Origin: Eledone cirrhosa
Lineage: Eukaryota
DNA length: 62,418 nt
NCBI GenBank assembly: GCA_964016885.1
Contig: CAXHJY010000198.1
Span: forward strand, 1-62,418
Direction of reading: 5' to 3'
The notes under the pieces were generated by a model. The model ran no database searches. It was not told the origin of the DNA and saw only the letters and a list, made by a program, of their open reading frames with translations. Both the position numbers and the translations under genes were made by a program. Each line of letters opens with the position of its first letter. The stretch's first letter is position 1. This document shows, in pieces, positions 14,419 to 31,634 of the stretch.

Positions 14419-14653
14419 GAGAAAACTCATCGCTAGAACAGTCGTTAAAACAGCTAAATGCTGTCAAAGACAGTGATGGGCAAAAATGTCTTAGAGGACG
14501 GAGACCAACGACCAGTGGTCAACAGAGAGACAATTCACAAGGTGGATGACACGCAGACTGGCCGCTGGTCTCTGACCTCTGAGGCAGTTTTGCCCAACGC
14601 TGTCTTTATCAGCATTTAGCTGTTTTCACGACTCTTCTAGTGTTGTGTTTTCT
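14419..14653. repeat. Diverged inverted repeat (~80-bp arms)
   Basis: 14419-14497 (CTAGAACAGTCGTTAAAACAGCTAAATGCTG..) is reverse-complementary to 14576-14653. Confidence 0.8.
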
Positions 14654-14671
14654 AATTTTTATATGTTATGA

Positions 14672-16106
14672 CGTATTTTATTTACAATAGTTTATAACTT
14701 TGCCTATTAATCCGTATGGTGAGCAAATGGGGTCCCACGTGCTGGACTCCCCACAGCCTCGGTGGACAGGATGGAGAAGCGTTTCCACGGAGGATGGTAA
14801 GGGAGATGCGCTAGAAGAGTCATTTAACCTCGCGAGGCTCATACCTGCGGCTGGCAAGCACAGTGCCTATGGTGGTGAATAGGGAGGTAGCCCTAGAGCC
14901 AAGGACACCAGAAATCTCCACTGCCAAAATCACGACCTGTGGGAGAGCGACCGGGACTTGGGGAGTTGGTCCTCCTCAGCCCGATGAGCAACAGCACCTG
15001 GGTTAGTCACAGACTGCACCAGGTTGCGGCTGGAGAAAGTGTCGCTGCAAGTGGCATCCCAGACGAGGGGTTTGCCACCGCGGAGCGAGAAGATGGACAT
15101 ACTGTCTGGCCTTTTGATATCCCTTCGGTTCAGCCACACCGTCTCGAGCTGGGAGGGGAAGCCTGCAGCGTCCAAGCCATGCTTAATGACCTCGTTGAGA
15201 GCAGCATGGCGTGGAAGGCGGCCGGCACTGTGGCGACAGGAAAGCGGGTGGAGGCCAAAAGGGTTCACGGTGGATCCACAGCGACATTGATGTGGCTCGC
15301 AGATCCGGAGTCCAAACCTCAAGGAAACGCCGATGCGCAGGCTATAGTTATGCAGCTGCGTGCCTGTGGAGAAGTAGGGTAAGGCATGAGCCAGGCATCA
15401 CTGTGGGGTTTGGAGACCACGCGAAAACTGGCAAGGCGGTGCTGATCGAGCTGGCGTGTGAGGCTGTCTGAGGCCAGGCTCATACGCTTTTTGGGGACTT
15501 GACGTAAGCAAGGGGAGAAGGAGGACGGACGTCTACTTGGCTAGTCCCAACCTGTCCCACGTCTCACAGGCGACGTCACGTTCCCTGAACACAGAGGATT
15601 CTATTGTGTTTTGGAGCACACTGCTGACGAGGACGCGGCATGAGGTTACTGATGAAAGACACGCCTGGAAAGTCAGCGAGATCGGGGGCCGGAGGCCAAG
15701 GCCGCCATATCTGACAGGTAAAGTGGCCTGTTGCCATCCAATGTCGTCAAACCTAATGTTGCATACCTCCTCAGCTGCCGCTCGGATACAAGTATCGAGG
15801 TCAGCGAGGAGACATGCGTGGCTGTAGCACGGAGCTCTGCGAAGGGTGTAGAGAAGCTTCGGCATGGCAAAGCAGTTCCTCGGCAGGAAGAGAGATGGGT
15901 GGCCGTCGATTAAGCCCAGTCGGCTCGTGAGAGTCTGGAGTTGTTGAAGCCTAGACCTGATGCTGGAGTGGATGGCCGGCGGGTGGATCGCTGACCCGAG
16001 GATGAGGACATCCTCTTTGGGGGTCACCTGTACCTGGTGCAGAATGGACTGCACGTCCGAGACGGAGGCTGCAAAGCTCTCAGCATCATGGCTGACATTC
16101 ACCACC
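14672..16106 (-). mobile_element. 5'-truncated CRE-like non-LTR retrotransposon (RT C-terminal region + CCHC + restriction-like endonuclease), degraded
   Basis: QATLPVRYGGLGL, CRCG..FGLHPLSC..RH, KRPD, LVWDAT, then after frameshifts AVE.SG..G and RGNAFSIL. AATAAA at the 3' end near 14680. Confidence 0.85.
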
Positions 16107-16225
16107 TCTCTACCGATACTGCCAATCCACCGCCCTGCTACTATCAATAATATTAATAATAATACATATGTCAATGATTTCTAACAGAGGTACGAGGGCA
16201 CTTGAGTGGATGGAGAGACCGATGG

Positions 16226-16262
16226 AAGATAGATAGATTGATTGATAGGTAGATAGATACAG

Positions 16263-16297
<35 letters not shown>

Positions 16298-16332
16298 TAG
16301 ATAGATAGATAGACAGATAGGGAGATAGATAA

Positions 16333-16369
<37 letters not shown>

Positions 16370-17546
16370 GAGATCACAAAAGAAGGGGACAAATACAAAT
16401 GAGGAGTTTACATACAGGTATATGAAAATAAAACTATTAATAAAATAACAAATAACAATTGAAATCCCCAATAGGGGGGAGGCGTTACACAGGGGTTATA
16501 CACATCCCGAAAAAATGTACAACCCTCCTCACCAGGAGCACCAAGAGTGAGTACTCCCTTCCTCTCTTCCTCTTTTTCCTCAACCTATAGGCTTATATAG
16601 AGACAAGGCCCAACCACTCGGGCCATCTTTGCCACATTCACCCACCTTTTATAAACTTTGTTGGGGTACAGCACCTCTATCTCCATCCTGATTCTTCTTC
16701 CAAAATGATATTTGAAAAAACGAATTAGTTGTTCGCCGGAGAGAAAGGTGTCTGACCTCAGCCCTTTTAACCTCGTCCACAATATAATCTCTTTCACCAT
16801 AGCCATAACACATAGGAAAACCGCCTCTCCTTCGTTTTTGAAGGAGGGTGGCGGTTTGATCATGACAATTGACTCGGTGGTCAACTGGATTGGTCTCACC
16901 CACGACAAAAGTCGTTCTACATAGCCCCACAGGTCGGTAATGCCCGGGCAGTGTACAAATGCGTGCGCAACGGTTTCCTCGTCGCGCACGCATCTCGCAC
17001 AGATCTCTTTCGAAGGGTCCCTGCCCGGGCGCCAGTGTCTGTAGAGATTGTCTCGAATTGGTAGAACTCCTCTGTAGCACTGCCAGGCCAAGGACTTTTG
17101 GAAGTTGTCCATCGGTCCCGGGCGGAAGGTCCTACCGAACAGACTGGCCAGTTCGTCCTCCTCTACGCCTAGAGTTTCTCCGAGCGCGTTGTCGCACTTG
17201 CTGCGGACCAACCCTCTATAGAATGACGAAGTGGAGTCTCCACTGATCGCCGGGTCCGTTTGCCAGAGGGCTGTGAGCGCCTGAGCACATTTTCCTCGGT
17301 CTTTGCTTGACCCAGGACTGCAGCTCGGTCAGCGAGACGAATCGTGGGAAGGCTCGCCTCACGAACGGGGCCAACACCGGTTGTTCGGTGAAGAATACGT
17401 GGAGGCGCATCGTCAGCCACGACAACCCCAGCCCTCCGTTTGAAGGGTGTTGGCAGCAGATGGATCTTCTCACCAAAGGAGCCCGTTTCTTCCAAAGGAA
17501 TTGGAAATAGATAGATAGATAGGCAGAGACAGACAGATATATAGAC

Positions 17547-17587
<41 letters not shown>

Positions 17588-17678
17588 TATTTCTTTATTA
17601 GCCACAGGGGCACAAAAGAAGGGGACAAATACAAAGGGGGAAGTTTACATACAATAAAAACGTGTAAAATGTTATCAC

Positions 17679-17714
<36 letters not shown>

Positions 17715-17940
17715 TTCTTTATTTGCCACAAGGGCGCACAAGAAAAGGGGAAAATACAAAGACACATGCCGGGGATTTTACATACAATCGTGTAAAAATA
17801 TTATTAAAACAAACAAATTTAACAATCGAAATCCCCAATAGGGGATTTTACGAATGGGTTGTTTAATACCCCGTCGATAGAATAACCCTAAACTACAGGA
17901 GCGTGTTGTGCAAGTACTCCTTAGTTAGATAGATAGATAG
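16226..17940 (-). mobile_element. Stack of three 5'-truncated Tx1 3' ends separated by (GATA)n
   Basis: GATA 16226-16373; ORF2 C-terminus + 3'UTR 16374-17507 (CARC..ETVAHAFVHC); GATA; stub 17589-17678; GATA; stub 17714-17925; GATA. Confidence 0.9.
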
Positions 17941-17982
17941 GTTTGGGTCAGTATTATCCCACGTCATGTCTCATTTAATAAC

Positions 17983-18165
17983 TGTTTCTACTTTAGGCAC
18001 AAGGTCAGAAATACCCTGTGCATTACTGGTACTTTATTATATCGACCCCGTAAGGATGAAAGGCAAAGTCAACCTCGGCGGGATTTGAACTCAGATCGTA
18101 AAGGGACATAACTATGCTGGAAAGCATGGCGTCCGAACCTCTACCGATACTGCCAATCCAACACG
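17983..18165 (-). mobile_element. tRNA-derived SINE family 1
   Basis: A box TGGCAGTATCGG, B box GAGTTCAAATCCC, conserved body. More than ten copies in the window. Confidence 0.9.
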
Positions 18166-18866
18166 ACTTAATATATTCATTTAAATCATGTGTCACACTT
18201 CAATCGTGTTTTGGACTCCATGACCCACACAAGTAAAGAGTTGTTTTTGACATATCCAGGTGTAGGTGAAATATTTGGAATTGTTTAGAGATATCTATTG
18301 AAGAAAGATTTGAATGATATGGGATCTTAAAAAGAGCTTGAAGTGAATAATTGTGTCGTGTTGTGTGTGATGCAGTCTCAATTTTTGTAGAGATTGGATA
18401 ACACGTGGACGAAGCCTTGCATGAATTCTAAAGTTGTTATCAGCATAATTTTGGCAATAAAATATTTCTTTGTCATACATATGATTTAGCTTTCATGGTG
18501 GTGTTGGGGAGGAGAATAGATTTTGAACATTTCGAGATGATCCTCGTAATCAAAACCTGAGAGAGTCATTTATTCAAGAGATAAGAAATAAACTTCGACA
18601 CATACATACACAATAGATAGATTTACATTCGATCGTATCATACACGAATGCTCAAATAGTTGCGGATATACGTGATTGGGTTGTGATTTGATAACCTATA
18701 TCTCATGATATCATGTAATCGAAGAATATAATTATATCGATGATACAACACTGTTTAATACAGATATTATTACTATTATGATAGTTGTAGCAAACAAATA
18801 CAATTAATAAAAAATTAGATAATATTATTTAATTGTTCGACTAATTATTACTAGTCTGTTTATCAG

Positions 18867-19080
18867 GGCGGTCGATTGACAATATCGGGAGAGGGTCGGA
18901 CGCCATGCTTTGCAACATAGAATTACTGCATTTTGTGATCTGAGTTCAAATCCCGCCAAGATTAACTTTGCCTTTCGTCCTTGTGGGATCGATAAAATAA
19001 AGTACCAGTCACGCACTGGGTCGATTTAATCGACTTTCCCCTCCCCTAAAATTGCTGGCCTTGTGCTTATAAAAGAAACC
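18867..19080 (+). mobile_element. tRNA-derived SINE family 1
   Basis: GGCGGTCGATTGACAATATCGG...GAGTTCAAATCCC...GCCTTTCGTCC..GTACCAG. Confidence 0.9.
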
Positions 19081-20214
19081 GTTATTAGCCTGTTTGTCAC
19101 GTTCGCCTATTAGAAATACCAATTGAAGCATAATTTCATTGGTTCAGTTTAGATAATTGGCTTGTTTCCGTTCGTTATTATCGAGTTCAATTTCCGTCAA
19201 ATCCACCTCCGTCATTTATTCTTTCAAATTTTCTGGCTATACGCCTATTCTGTTTCTTGCTTTTACTTGTTTCGGTTATTGAACTTCAGCCAGACTGAGA
19301 AGAACCAAGCCTCACGCGTTTTAGCTGATTACAATTCCCCCAATACATATTTTGACATGGTACTTATTGTTACAGCTGAAAGCTATAAAATGAACAGCGG
19401 TCTTGAAATAAGTAAAAAAAAACTGTTTTCAATTTTTGTGCGGCCTTCAAGCATCATAAAAAAAAATTGGTTAATAAGCTAATGAAGTAACCGATGTAGT
19501 GTCAATCGTCCTACTAAAAACAGCATCACCTTCATGATAACAAGGGCAGTAATAGATAATTCGTTCCTTTTCCACTAAGCAATAGTTTAATTGAAATAAT
19601 TTGGAGTTTATACTTTTCCTAACGTCATTGGTAAATAACTAAACTGATCTGCATCATCCATCCAATCAAAAGCAAGCTTCGTAAGGAAAAGGAAGGGTAT
19701 ATTTCTAAGTGGTCACTTGGCTTGCAAGAATTAGTATTGAAATATATTTTAATTTTCAAACGGAAGATATTGGATACTGCAATTTTAGTTTCATTGTCTT
19801 GAAATAGATGGAATGACTGTGATCACATGACTACTCAATCTGGACTGACTTACCGTTAAGCAAAAGTAAAGGCACTTTCACAAAAATAACAAACAGTATT
19901 CTTATGTCGACACTCAATCGATAGAAACAACAACCAGGCCAGGATCTTAGATAACTCTTGCATCACTGAAGTCAGCTTGAACATAGTTAACATACAAAAA
20001 AAAAATGATAAAATTGATACCTGGTGGGATTTGATTCAAGAATGTAAGCGGACTGAAATAATATATAGGATGCAAAACAATTATATGAAAGACGTAAAAT
20101 ATTCTCGATGGTTACATTGCGTAACTATCTTTATCCCATTACAGAAACTAATTAGTTGGAGTGAAACTTTTAGTTAGTTAATTTTTAATTTTTAAAATTG
20201 TCTTATTTTACGTC

Positions 20215-20218
<4 letters not shown>

Positions 20219-20303
<85 letters not shown>

Positions 20304-20304
20304 A

Positions 20305-20367
<63 letters not shown>

Positions 20368-20412
20368 TATGGATAGATAGATAGATAGATATATGGTTAG
20401 ATAAATAAATAT
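20219..20412. repeat. (TA)n(GA)n(GATA)n compound microsatellite
   Basis: Direct inspection. Confidence 0.95.
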
Positions 20413-21139
20413 ATATATATGTATTTATTTATAAGAGAGACAATGTGATGTTGGGATGTCCATGCCGTTGTTTCTCGTTTTTACTTTGCCTTTACTTAAC
20501 ATTGAATGCTGGATTTATAGTTTTACCTGGTTTATATATAATTATTTGATTTTTATGAGACTTTAGTCGGGCCAAATCTGTTGCAAGCATTTGGACAAAT
20601 TATCTGATCAGAGGATACATTCCCTGACCCCACCAGTCTCATGATCACCGTCCTTTTCTCCTGACAAAAACCGCTTTAAAATATCTGCTTTAAAACGGTG
20701 TAATTAGGTTTCAAAGTTGTTTGTTATTCGTATTACCCCAATTAGTCTTACTCAAGCGATTTAAAGAACTTAAAAGTTTGATCTGCTAGAATCTACGTCT
20801 AAGTCTCACTTAAATCGCACCAACGGTCAATGAAGGAATTTTTACACCAATGAAATAGTGACTCTCTTTACTAAAGATTGATATGCTAAAAAGAGAAGCC
20901 TATTATCACTTGAATGAGACATTGCCGTCACAAAACATGAAAGGAGAGAGTGGATAATCCAGTTCTATATATCATTGATCCTGGGTCTGCTTGCCCTGCT
21001 GCGTTAAAACTATCAATGGTGTTGAGGAAGGGGCTTCTTAAAGTGGCTCGGACTTTGTGCTTTACTGTTTAGTTAAGGGAGAAAGAACAGAGTCCATGAC
21101 ACTCTTCATGTAATATATGTATGCATATGTATATATGTC

Positions 21140-21225
<86 letters not shown>

Positions 21226-21302
21226 GTAAACAAAAATAACAAAAGTAACAAAACAAACGGCACAGTACATGGAAGAAATATATTACTTTAACGCAGGAGA
21301 GA

Positions 21303-21338
21303 GTCTTAACGTTTAGGACACTAGTCCTTCATTAGAAA
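21303..21338 (-). ncRNA. Decayed minimal hammerhead motif
   Basis: CTAATGA-A-GGAC-TAGT-GTCC-TAAA-CGTT. Helix II intact, both core boxes mutated. Confidence 0.35.
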
Positions 21339-22329
21339 ATAGAATTAGAAATAGAAGATAAATAGAAAGTGAAGAGTGATGAGAAAAAAATTCGAGTGGG
21401 GAAAAAACACATGCGTATTCAGCTTTTCATATATATATATATATATGTGGGTGTGTGTGTGGGGCGGGGGGTATGCTTGTTTGTATGCTTGTGTGTATCT
21501 GTGTGTATCTGTGTGCGTGCGTGTGTGTTCGTATGTGTAACTATGCACGTATGCAGGTGAGAGGGAAGAGGCTTCCTCAAATCGAAGACCTGGTCCGAAT
21601 GTTTTTGCATATGATGAATTCCACAAAAGTAACCCAAGGGCCAGGTGGAGATTTAGGTCTAAAAGCAGGAGCTAACTTACTCGCAATTCGTATTCTATCG
21701 TTTTAATACAGGATGGACATAGCCAATTAGGAAATTCTAAATACAATATGGCTGACAAAATATTTTTAAATAGTTCGGATGTTATAGATAAAATTATTTT
21801 GATCAAAGGTCTTGCTCGACGCTCAATACATACTTGTGGCATAAATACCAACGATAACAACAACAGCAGCATTAAATACATCATAGACAACAACAACAAC
21901 AAAAACATAAATAAAAACAACAACAATAACAGCAACAATGTAAACAAGTCAATCGCTCGCAATACTATATGTCCATAACAGAGTAACATTATACTTTCTC
22001 TTTTCATGACCGAATACATTACACAATCCGAGAGTTATCATTAAACCTCTAATAATTTTTAAACACGAGAATATACAGGATATTCGATATGTCATGCTGA
22101 TATCAAATTGTATAAAACATTATGCACCATCCAACATCAGCAGCAACAACAAGAACATTAACAGCAGCGATATTATCAAAGAAATGGCTATAACGCAGTC
22201 TCAGCAGGTTTGATTTTATTTAGTAATATATTTTCATGTTTTTTCGTTGTCTTTTTACTTCTAAATTTTTTATTTAAGCATCTATATTATGATCATCATA
22301 GAAAATGAGCATTTTTGAATGTTATATCA

Positions 22330-24045
<1,716 letters not shown>

Positions 24046-24246
24046 TATTGGTAGTATGGTCCTACTAAAATATAACAATATATATATATATTATAAAAGT
24101 TCTGAAGTATGTCTCAAGCCAAAATACTCGTTAGGCTTATCCCGATTTCGTGGCGTGAAGTGACTGTGAGTACAAGACCTCTTTACCCTAGATAAACCTC
24201 CATTTATTCCTTGTTCTCATTTCAGCTGAGTATACTAGAGTAACGT

Positions 24247-24999
24247 GTCAGCCTTCCGAGTGATATCGTCTAGCGAAAGAGATGGAAATTAATTTTTCCG
24301 AGTACTCCAAGAGTGTAACTGTCTTAGGCCTCGTGTGTGTTAGCGGGAAGTCTGCCATTGCCGTCAGGCCATCACTATACCAAACGAATACTATTAATTC
24401 ACACAGGAGGGGGATTTATTTACGTGCCAGTAGAGGGAGGCATGATAGAGCTAATAGTTATGATAAGGCCTAGAATTTAAAGGTACTATATGGTGGTCAA
24501 AACCGGCAGCGCGGCGGGCCCCGGGGCGAAGCAACCCGCTCCGAGTAATTTCATTTACCGAAAGAAGGGGAAATTTATTTTTCCAAGCACTCAAGGAAGG
24601 CTTATCCACCAGAGCGCCAGGCGCGCAGCCGGGAAAGCCACCACATCAGTCGGAGTGCTCGGAAAAATAAATTTCCCCTTCTTTCGGTAAATGAAATTAC
24701 TCGGAGCGGGTTGCTTCGCCCCAGGGCCCACCGCGCCGCCGGTTTTGACCACCATATAGTACCTTTAAATTCTAGGCCTTATCATAACTATTAGCTGTAT
24801 CATGCCTCCCTCTACTGGCACGTAAATAAATCCCCCTCCTGTGTGAATTAATAGTATTCGTTTGGTATAGTGATGGCCTGAAGGCAATGGCAGACTTCCC
24901 GCTAACACACACGACGCCTAAGACAGTTACATTCCTGGAGTACTCGGAAAAATTAATTTCCATATCTTTCGCTAGACGATGTCACTCGGAACGGCTGAC
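24247..24999. mobile_element. Fold-back / MITE-like element with ~345-bp inverted arms and ~60-bp spacer
   Basis: 24247-24592 is reverse-complementary to 24653-24999 with about a dozen mismatches. Flanked on both sides by ACGT. Confidence 0.85.
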
Positions 25000-25589
25000 A
25001 CGTGGTTAGGAAGGGCTGGCCGGGATCTGCAGTCGTCACGTGTTATTGACTGCTAAACAAGGGCTTAATCTTTACTCTATACCCCACCCTGAAAACTTAG
25101 CGAGAATCTCTATAATACACTTAAACTTTTTCATAAAAGACTCTCTCTGTAAATTCTTTAACTAAATCTCGCAACCCAAACCCTAAACGTTCTTTAATTT
25201 TTTTAATTCATCCTATAACTCTAAATATAAGTTTAACGTTCCAAATTTCTGTTCACACATTATACCATACAGGCGCCCACTATATGTGCCTCTGTTAAGA
25301 TATAGGTTCTTAGGAAAAACATTTTTCGCGGCAATTTCTAGCCTGATTGTAGCATGACCTTAACGGTGTCTTTTCTTTTTTCTTTCCTTCTTTCTTCTTT
25401 CTCTTTGACGGAGAGGTAGTAGCACATTATAAGCTTTCGCCCCCTCACCAGATGGTCATAAATAGACCGAATAGCCAACACTTGAGGGCGACCGACTGAG
25501 GTAGAAGATGCTAGATGATCGGTCGTCCTCTTGTCTATGATTTTCAGCTCCATGGATTTTATCTGTTATATTCTTTTGTTATATTTCGA

Positions 25590-25647
25590 ATACCTGATGA
25601 TATCACCGGATTCATACGGAACCCGGTCATTGAAATGATCATAGTAT
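25590..25647 (+). ncRNA. Type I hammerhead ribozyme candidate
   Basis: ATAC-CTGATGA-[ACCGG/CCGGT helix II]-GAAA-TGATCA-TA-GTAT, followed by AATAAA and then (TA)n. Confidence 0.65.
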
Positions 25648-25692
25648 AATAAACGTTTCAAGGGTTTACACCAGTCCAGCCTCCTGTTATTT

Positions 25693-25776
<84 letters not shown>

Positions 25777-26121
25777 CATTCAAAGTTATAGATATCATGT
25801 TTCAGATAATCTCAAACATGCGCCTTATCTCCAATAATAAGCTCTAAGGAGAATTCAAAGAATAAATCCGAGCATATAATCATTATAAAATAATGAATGA
25901 TATATACACATATATATTAAATAATATAAATGTACAATAGAATATATGACACTTTAACAGGAGACAATCTGTATAGCATGTAAGAACACATAGTTCATTA
26001 CAGTATCATATTAAAATTTAACAAAAATTTAAAATACCCGATAAAAACTATAGATATTTCTCCCATATCTATCCTCCACAAATCATGACTACATTTCGCT
26101 AAATTCGGTGCAGTTCGGTGA

Positions 26122-26152
<31 letters not shown>

Positions 26153-26424
26153 ATATATATATATATACGGGGTAACAAATAATAGTTAAATGCAGTCCAC
26201 TTAGGTAAAGTCCAGTTATGGTATTCCAGTTATGGTATTCGCATGCTCCGAAGATCTGACTGGTTATAATTTTGTATTGGCGATCGAGTAACGCGAAAAT
26301 AAGCGAATAGCGATCTCTAGACCTACCAGTTCGGAGAAACAAATGTAAGCTAAGAGATTAAAAACCTTTTTTGTATAGCAAACCATGTTAACCTTCTTTC
26401 CTGATTTATATATATATATATATA

Positions 26425-28425
26425 TCGTTTCTGAATTTGTTTAGCAAGATTCTTTATCTGAAATCGTGTGTTGAAACCGATATTGTTATACTTTCGAAGG
26501 GTCATGTTGCCAATAAGAAACACACGCACCAGTTGCTTTCACTTCAATTTATTATAATAAATTTATAAGAAATTTATAAATTTATTAATTTCTGGTTGGT
26601 TGGTTGGTTCCACAACCAGATAGTTGTTTATATATAGTCATAGTTCTTTCGTCACACACTCTGTGACCTCTTCAGTGACTGGGGATTCCTTTCTTCGTTT
26701 CTGTGTCTCTCCTTTGTTCTGTCCTACGCCATTTTGTTTCTGCGTGTGTGTTGTGTGCTCAGTCTGCGCATGCGCCACATCCGGGTGTCTGTGTGTGTTT
26801 ATGTTCATTTATTTATTTGTTTATTTACATGTTACTGGTTGGTTGTTTGTTCTATGTGTGTGTGTATTTTCATTTTGTCCTTAATTGTAAGTTGTGATGT
26901 TGCTGTTCCACTCATATTTTCTATTTAATTTTGGTTGTAATTCTTTTATGTTTATTGCCTCTGTAATTTGTCTAAACATTGCGTCTTTTCTGTGTGTAGA
27001 TTCTATTTTTATTTCTATGTTCTCTAATTTACCCTTGTGTTCTATTTTAGCATGTTGGTAGAGTACAGATGATTCTTTATTATCTTGAAGGTCTCGCCAG
27101 TGTTCATTTATCCGTTCCCCTACACTACGAGCTGTCTCACCTATGTACACTATATTTTTGTCTCTACAGTACATCTTATGCTATACACTACATTTCTAGT
27201 TTTACAGTTAATATTGGGGCTTATTTTACAGGTTATACATTTCTTATCTATACATGAGGGTCTTTGAAAAGGGTATGTCTTGCTAATAAGTGTTTTTACG
27301 GACTTACCTGGTCTTTCTACTATCTTAATATTGAGTTTATGTTTATTTAGGGCCCTTCTAAATTTGTAAGCTAATTCACCTCTAGGGGTTGTATCGATGA
27401 ACATTACACTCTGGTATTTATTGCTATCATACCATGAGTGTATTCTATTAGCCTTGTTCCTAGTTCTTTCTATTCTATTCCAAAATTTGCTCCTATACAA
27501 GGAGCAGGTCCCATTTATGTCATTATTTACCATTTTTTCCCATTTGGTTCTGGCTCCTCTATACACTCTGATTTTATCTCTCTGATTGTAGCCAGAGAAC
27601 TGCATACGGTGGATGAAGTGTTGTATGTGTCTCTCTAGTTCTTCGGGGTTGCACATGCGGGACATATTTCTCATCACCCGTACCAAATCCGCAATCAGTA
27701 TGTTGATTTTGGTATGGTCCGAGACGGCCGAGTTTCGCTGGATCAGATGTTTGGAAGTCATGGGTTTGGCATAATGAGAATGGAGGATTTGTTTTTTTGT
27801 TGTTAATGGTATCTAACTAGAGCTCTGTGACTAGTACAGGTAATCGATGGTTGGGGTGTTTACTTGGGTAGTCTATAGTAAGTCTAATGCTCTGGTGGAT
27901 GGAGTTTGCTATTTGCTGGATGCTTTCCATTGTGTTTTTCTCTAGTTCCTGACTGTTCTCTAATGGGGGTGTCTTGACTACGATCATCAACGTATCGGGA
28001 GTACATTATCAGGGTTAAGGGGTCTTCTAATTGTTCTTTAAGTTTAAGTCTATTGTCCCACCATACCATGAATAAGTTAGCTATGTCGCCTGCAATGCTA
28101 ACACCAATGGCTGCTCCTTCCTCTTGGGCATATGTTTTTCCATTAAATTTGAACATATGTTCCTTAAGGGTTAGTTTTATGCTGGCTCCTACCGCATGTG
28201 CAATCATTTTCTTCAGTTCATCGTGGTTTTCGGGTGTCCGTATGGCTCTGGTCCACCCGTTCCATCTATCTGTGTGGGTTTTCTTGGCCATTGAGGTAAT
28301 GGTAGGTGGTCTGCCTCTTGCTGGTCTTGTAGGGCACAGGTTGCTAAGGTCATATGTGTCTAGGTAATTATTACTATAGGTAAGCTTAAGTAGGAGTCCC
28401 AGCTCACTGGTATCAATCCTTAAAA
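26425..28425 (-). mobile_element. 5'-truncated Penelope-like retroelement (family A): RT + Cys linker + GIY-YIG + pLTR, frameshifted
   Basis: GAAIGVSIAGDIANLFM, YSRYVDD, linker CIDKKCITC..C, VVYSIRC..YIGETARSVGERINEH, EAINI..PKLN. The Cys-rich linker resembles the Neptune-type organisation. Confidence 0.92.
26636..26680 (-). ncRNA. Minimal type I hammerhead in family A pLTR
   Basis: AGTCA-CTGAAGA-G-GTCACA/TGTGAC-GAAA-GAAC-TA-TGACT. Five-bp helix I, six-bp helix II. Confidence 0.8.
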
Positions 28426-28989
28426 AACACTTGTGAATAGTGAAGTTTTAAATCAACATTTTTAAGCTTCATATCATGTATCCCTATTTTATCTGATGAA
28501 AACGCAGATATCATCCCATGATGATAGTTGTTTTTGAAATGCGCATAATAAAATACTTGGAACTCTTTTAACCATCTTTTGATCTTATATTATTTATACT
28601 CCAGTCCTACAAACCTGGCAGATGTCATATAGAAGGTAAGAGCGGGAAAGACACACTACCTCACCCATATGCACATATTCACGCTAGAAAGACACAAAGT
28701 GGGTAGAAAATAATCATTTTCCTTCACATCACCATCATCTGCCGCAACATCGACATCATCACCATAATTATCAAGACCACAATCATCATCATTAACATCA
28801 ACAGCATAACATAGTTTCGCCAATATACTCTCGCAACGATTCTCTCGTCGGAGTGAGATATAAATGGAGAGAGTGGTGGGAGTAGAATAGGAGACAAAGA
28901 GAAAGAGAAAAAATGTATTAAAAAGGAATGTATAGGAAAAAAATTGTCGAAATCTGATAGATATATAGATAGATGCACACATAACCAAC

Positions 28990-31465
<2,476 letters not shown>

Positions 31466-31634
31466 AGTCACGTACAATATACATACATAAATACTTATAT
31501 AATTTACAGAACAAAACAGTCATATATAATAATATGTAAACATTAATATAACCGATCTATTTTTTATGTGAAATAAATATTATTATATGATCTACAAGAA
31601 GCCCAAAATAAACGTAAATATTATGGATAATAAT

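Noticed and set aside
16226-17940. Repeat/unique alternation superficially like a CRISPR array
   Set aside because: Repeats are variable-length microsatellites and the spacers are retrotransposon 3' ends; eukaryotic context with no cas genes.
24282-24963. Mirror-image 63-aa ORFs
   Set aside because: Consequence of the palindrome; no recognisable domain.
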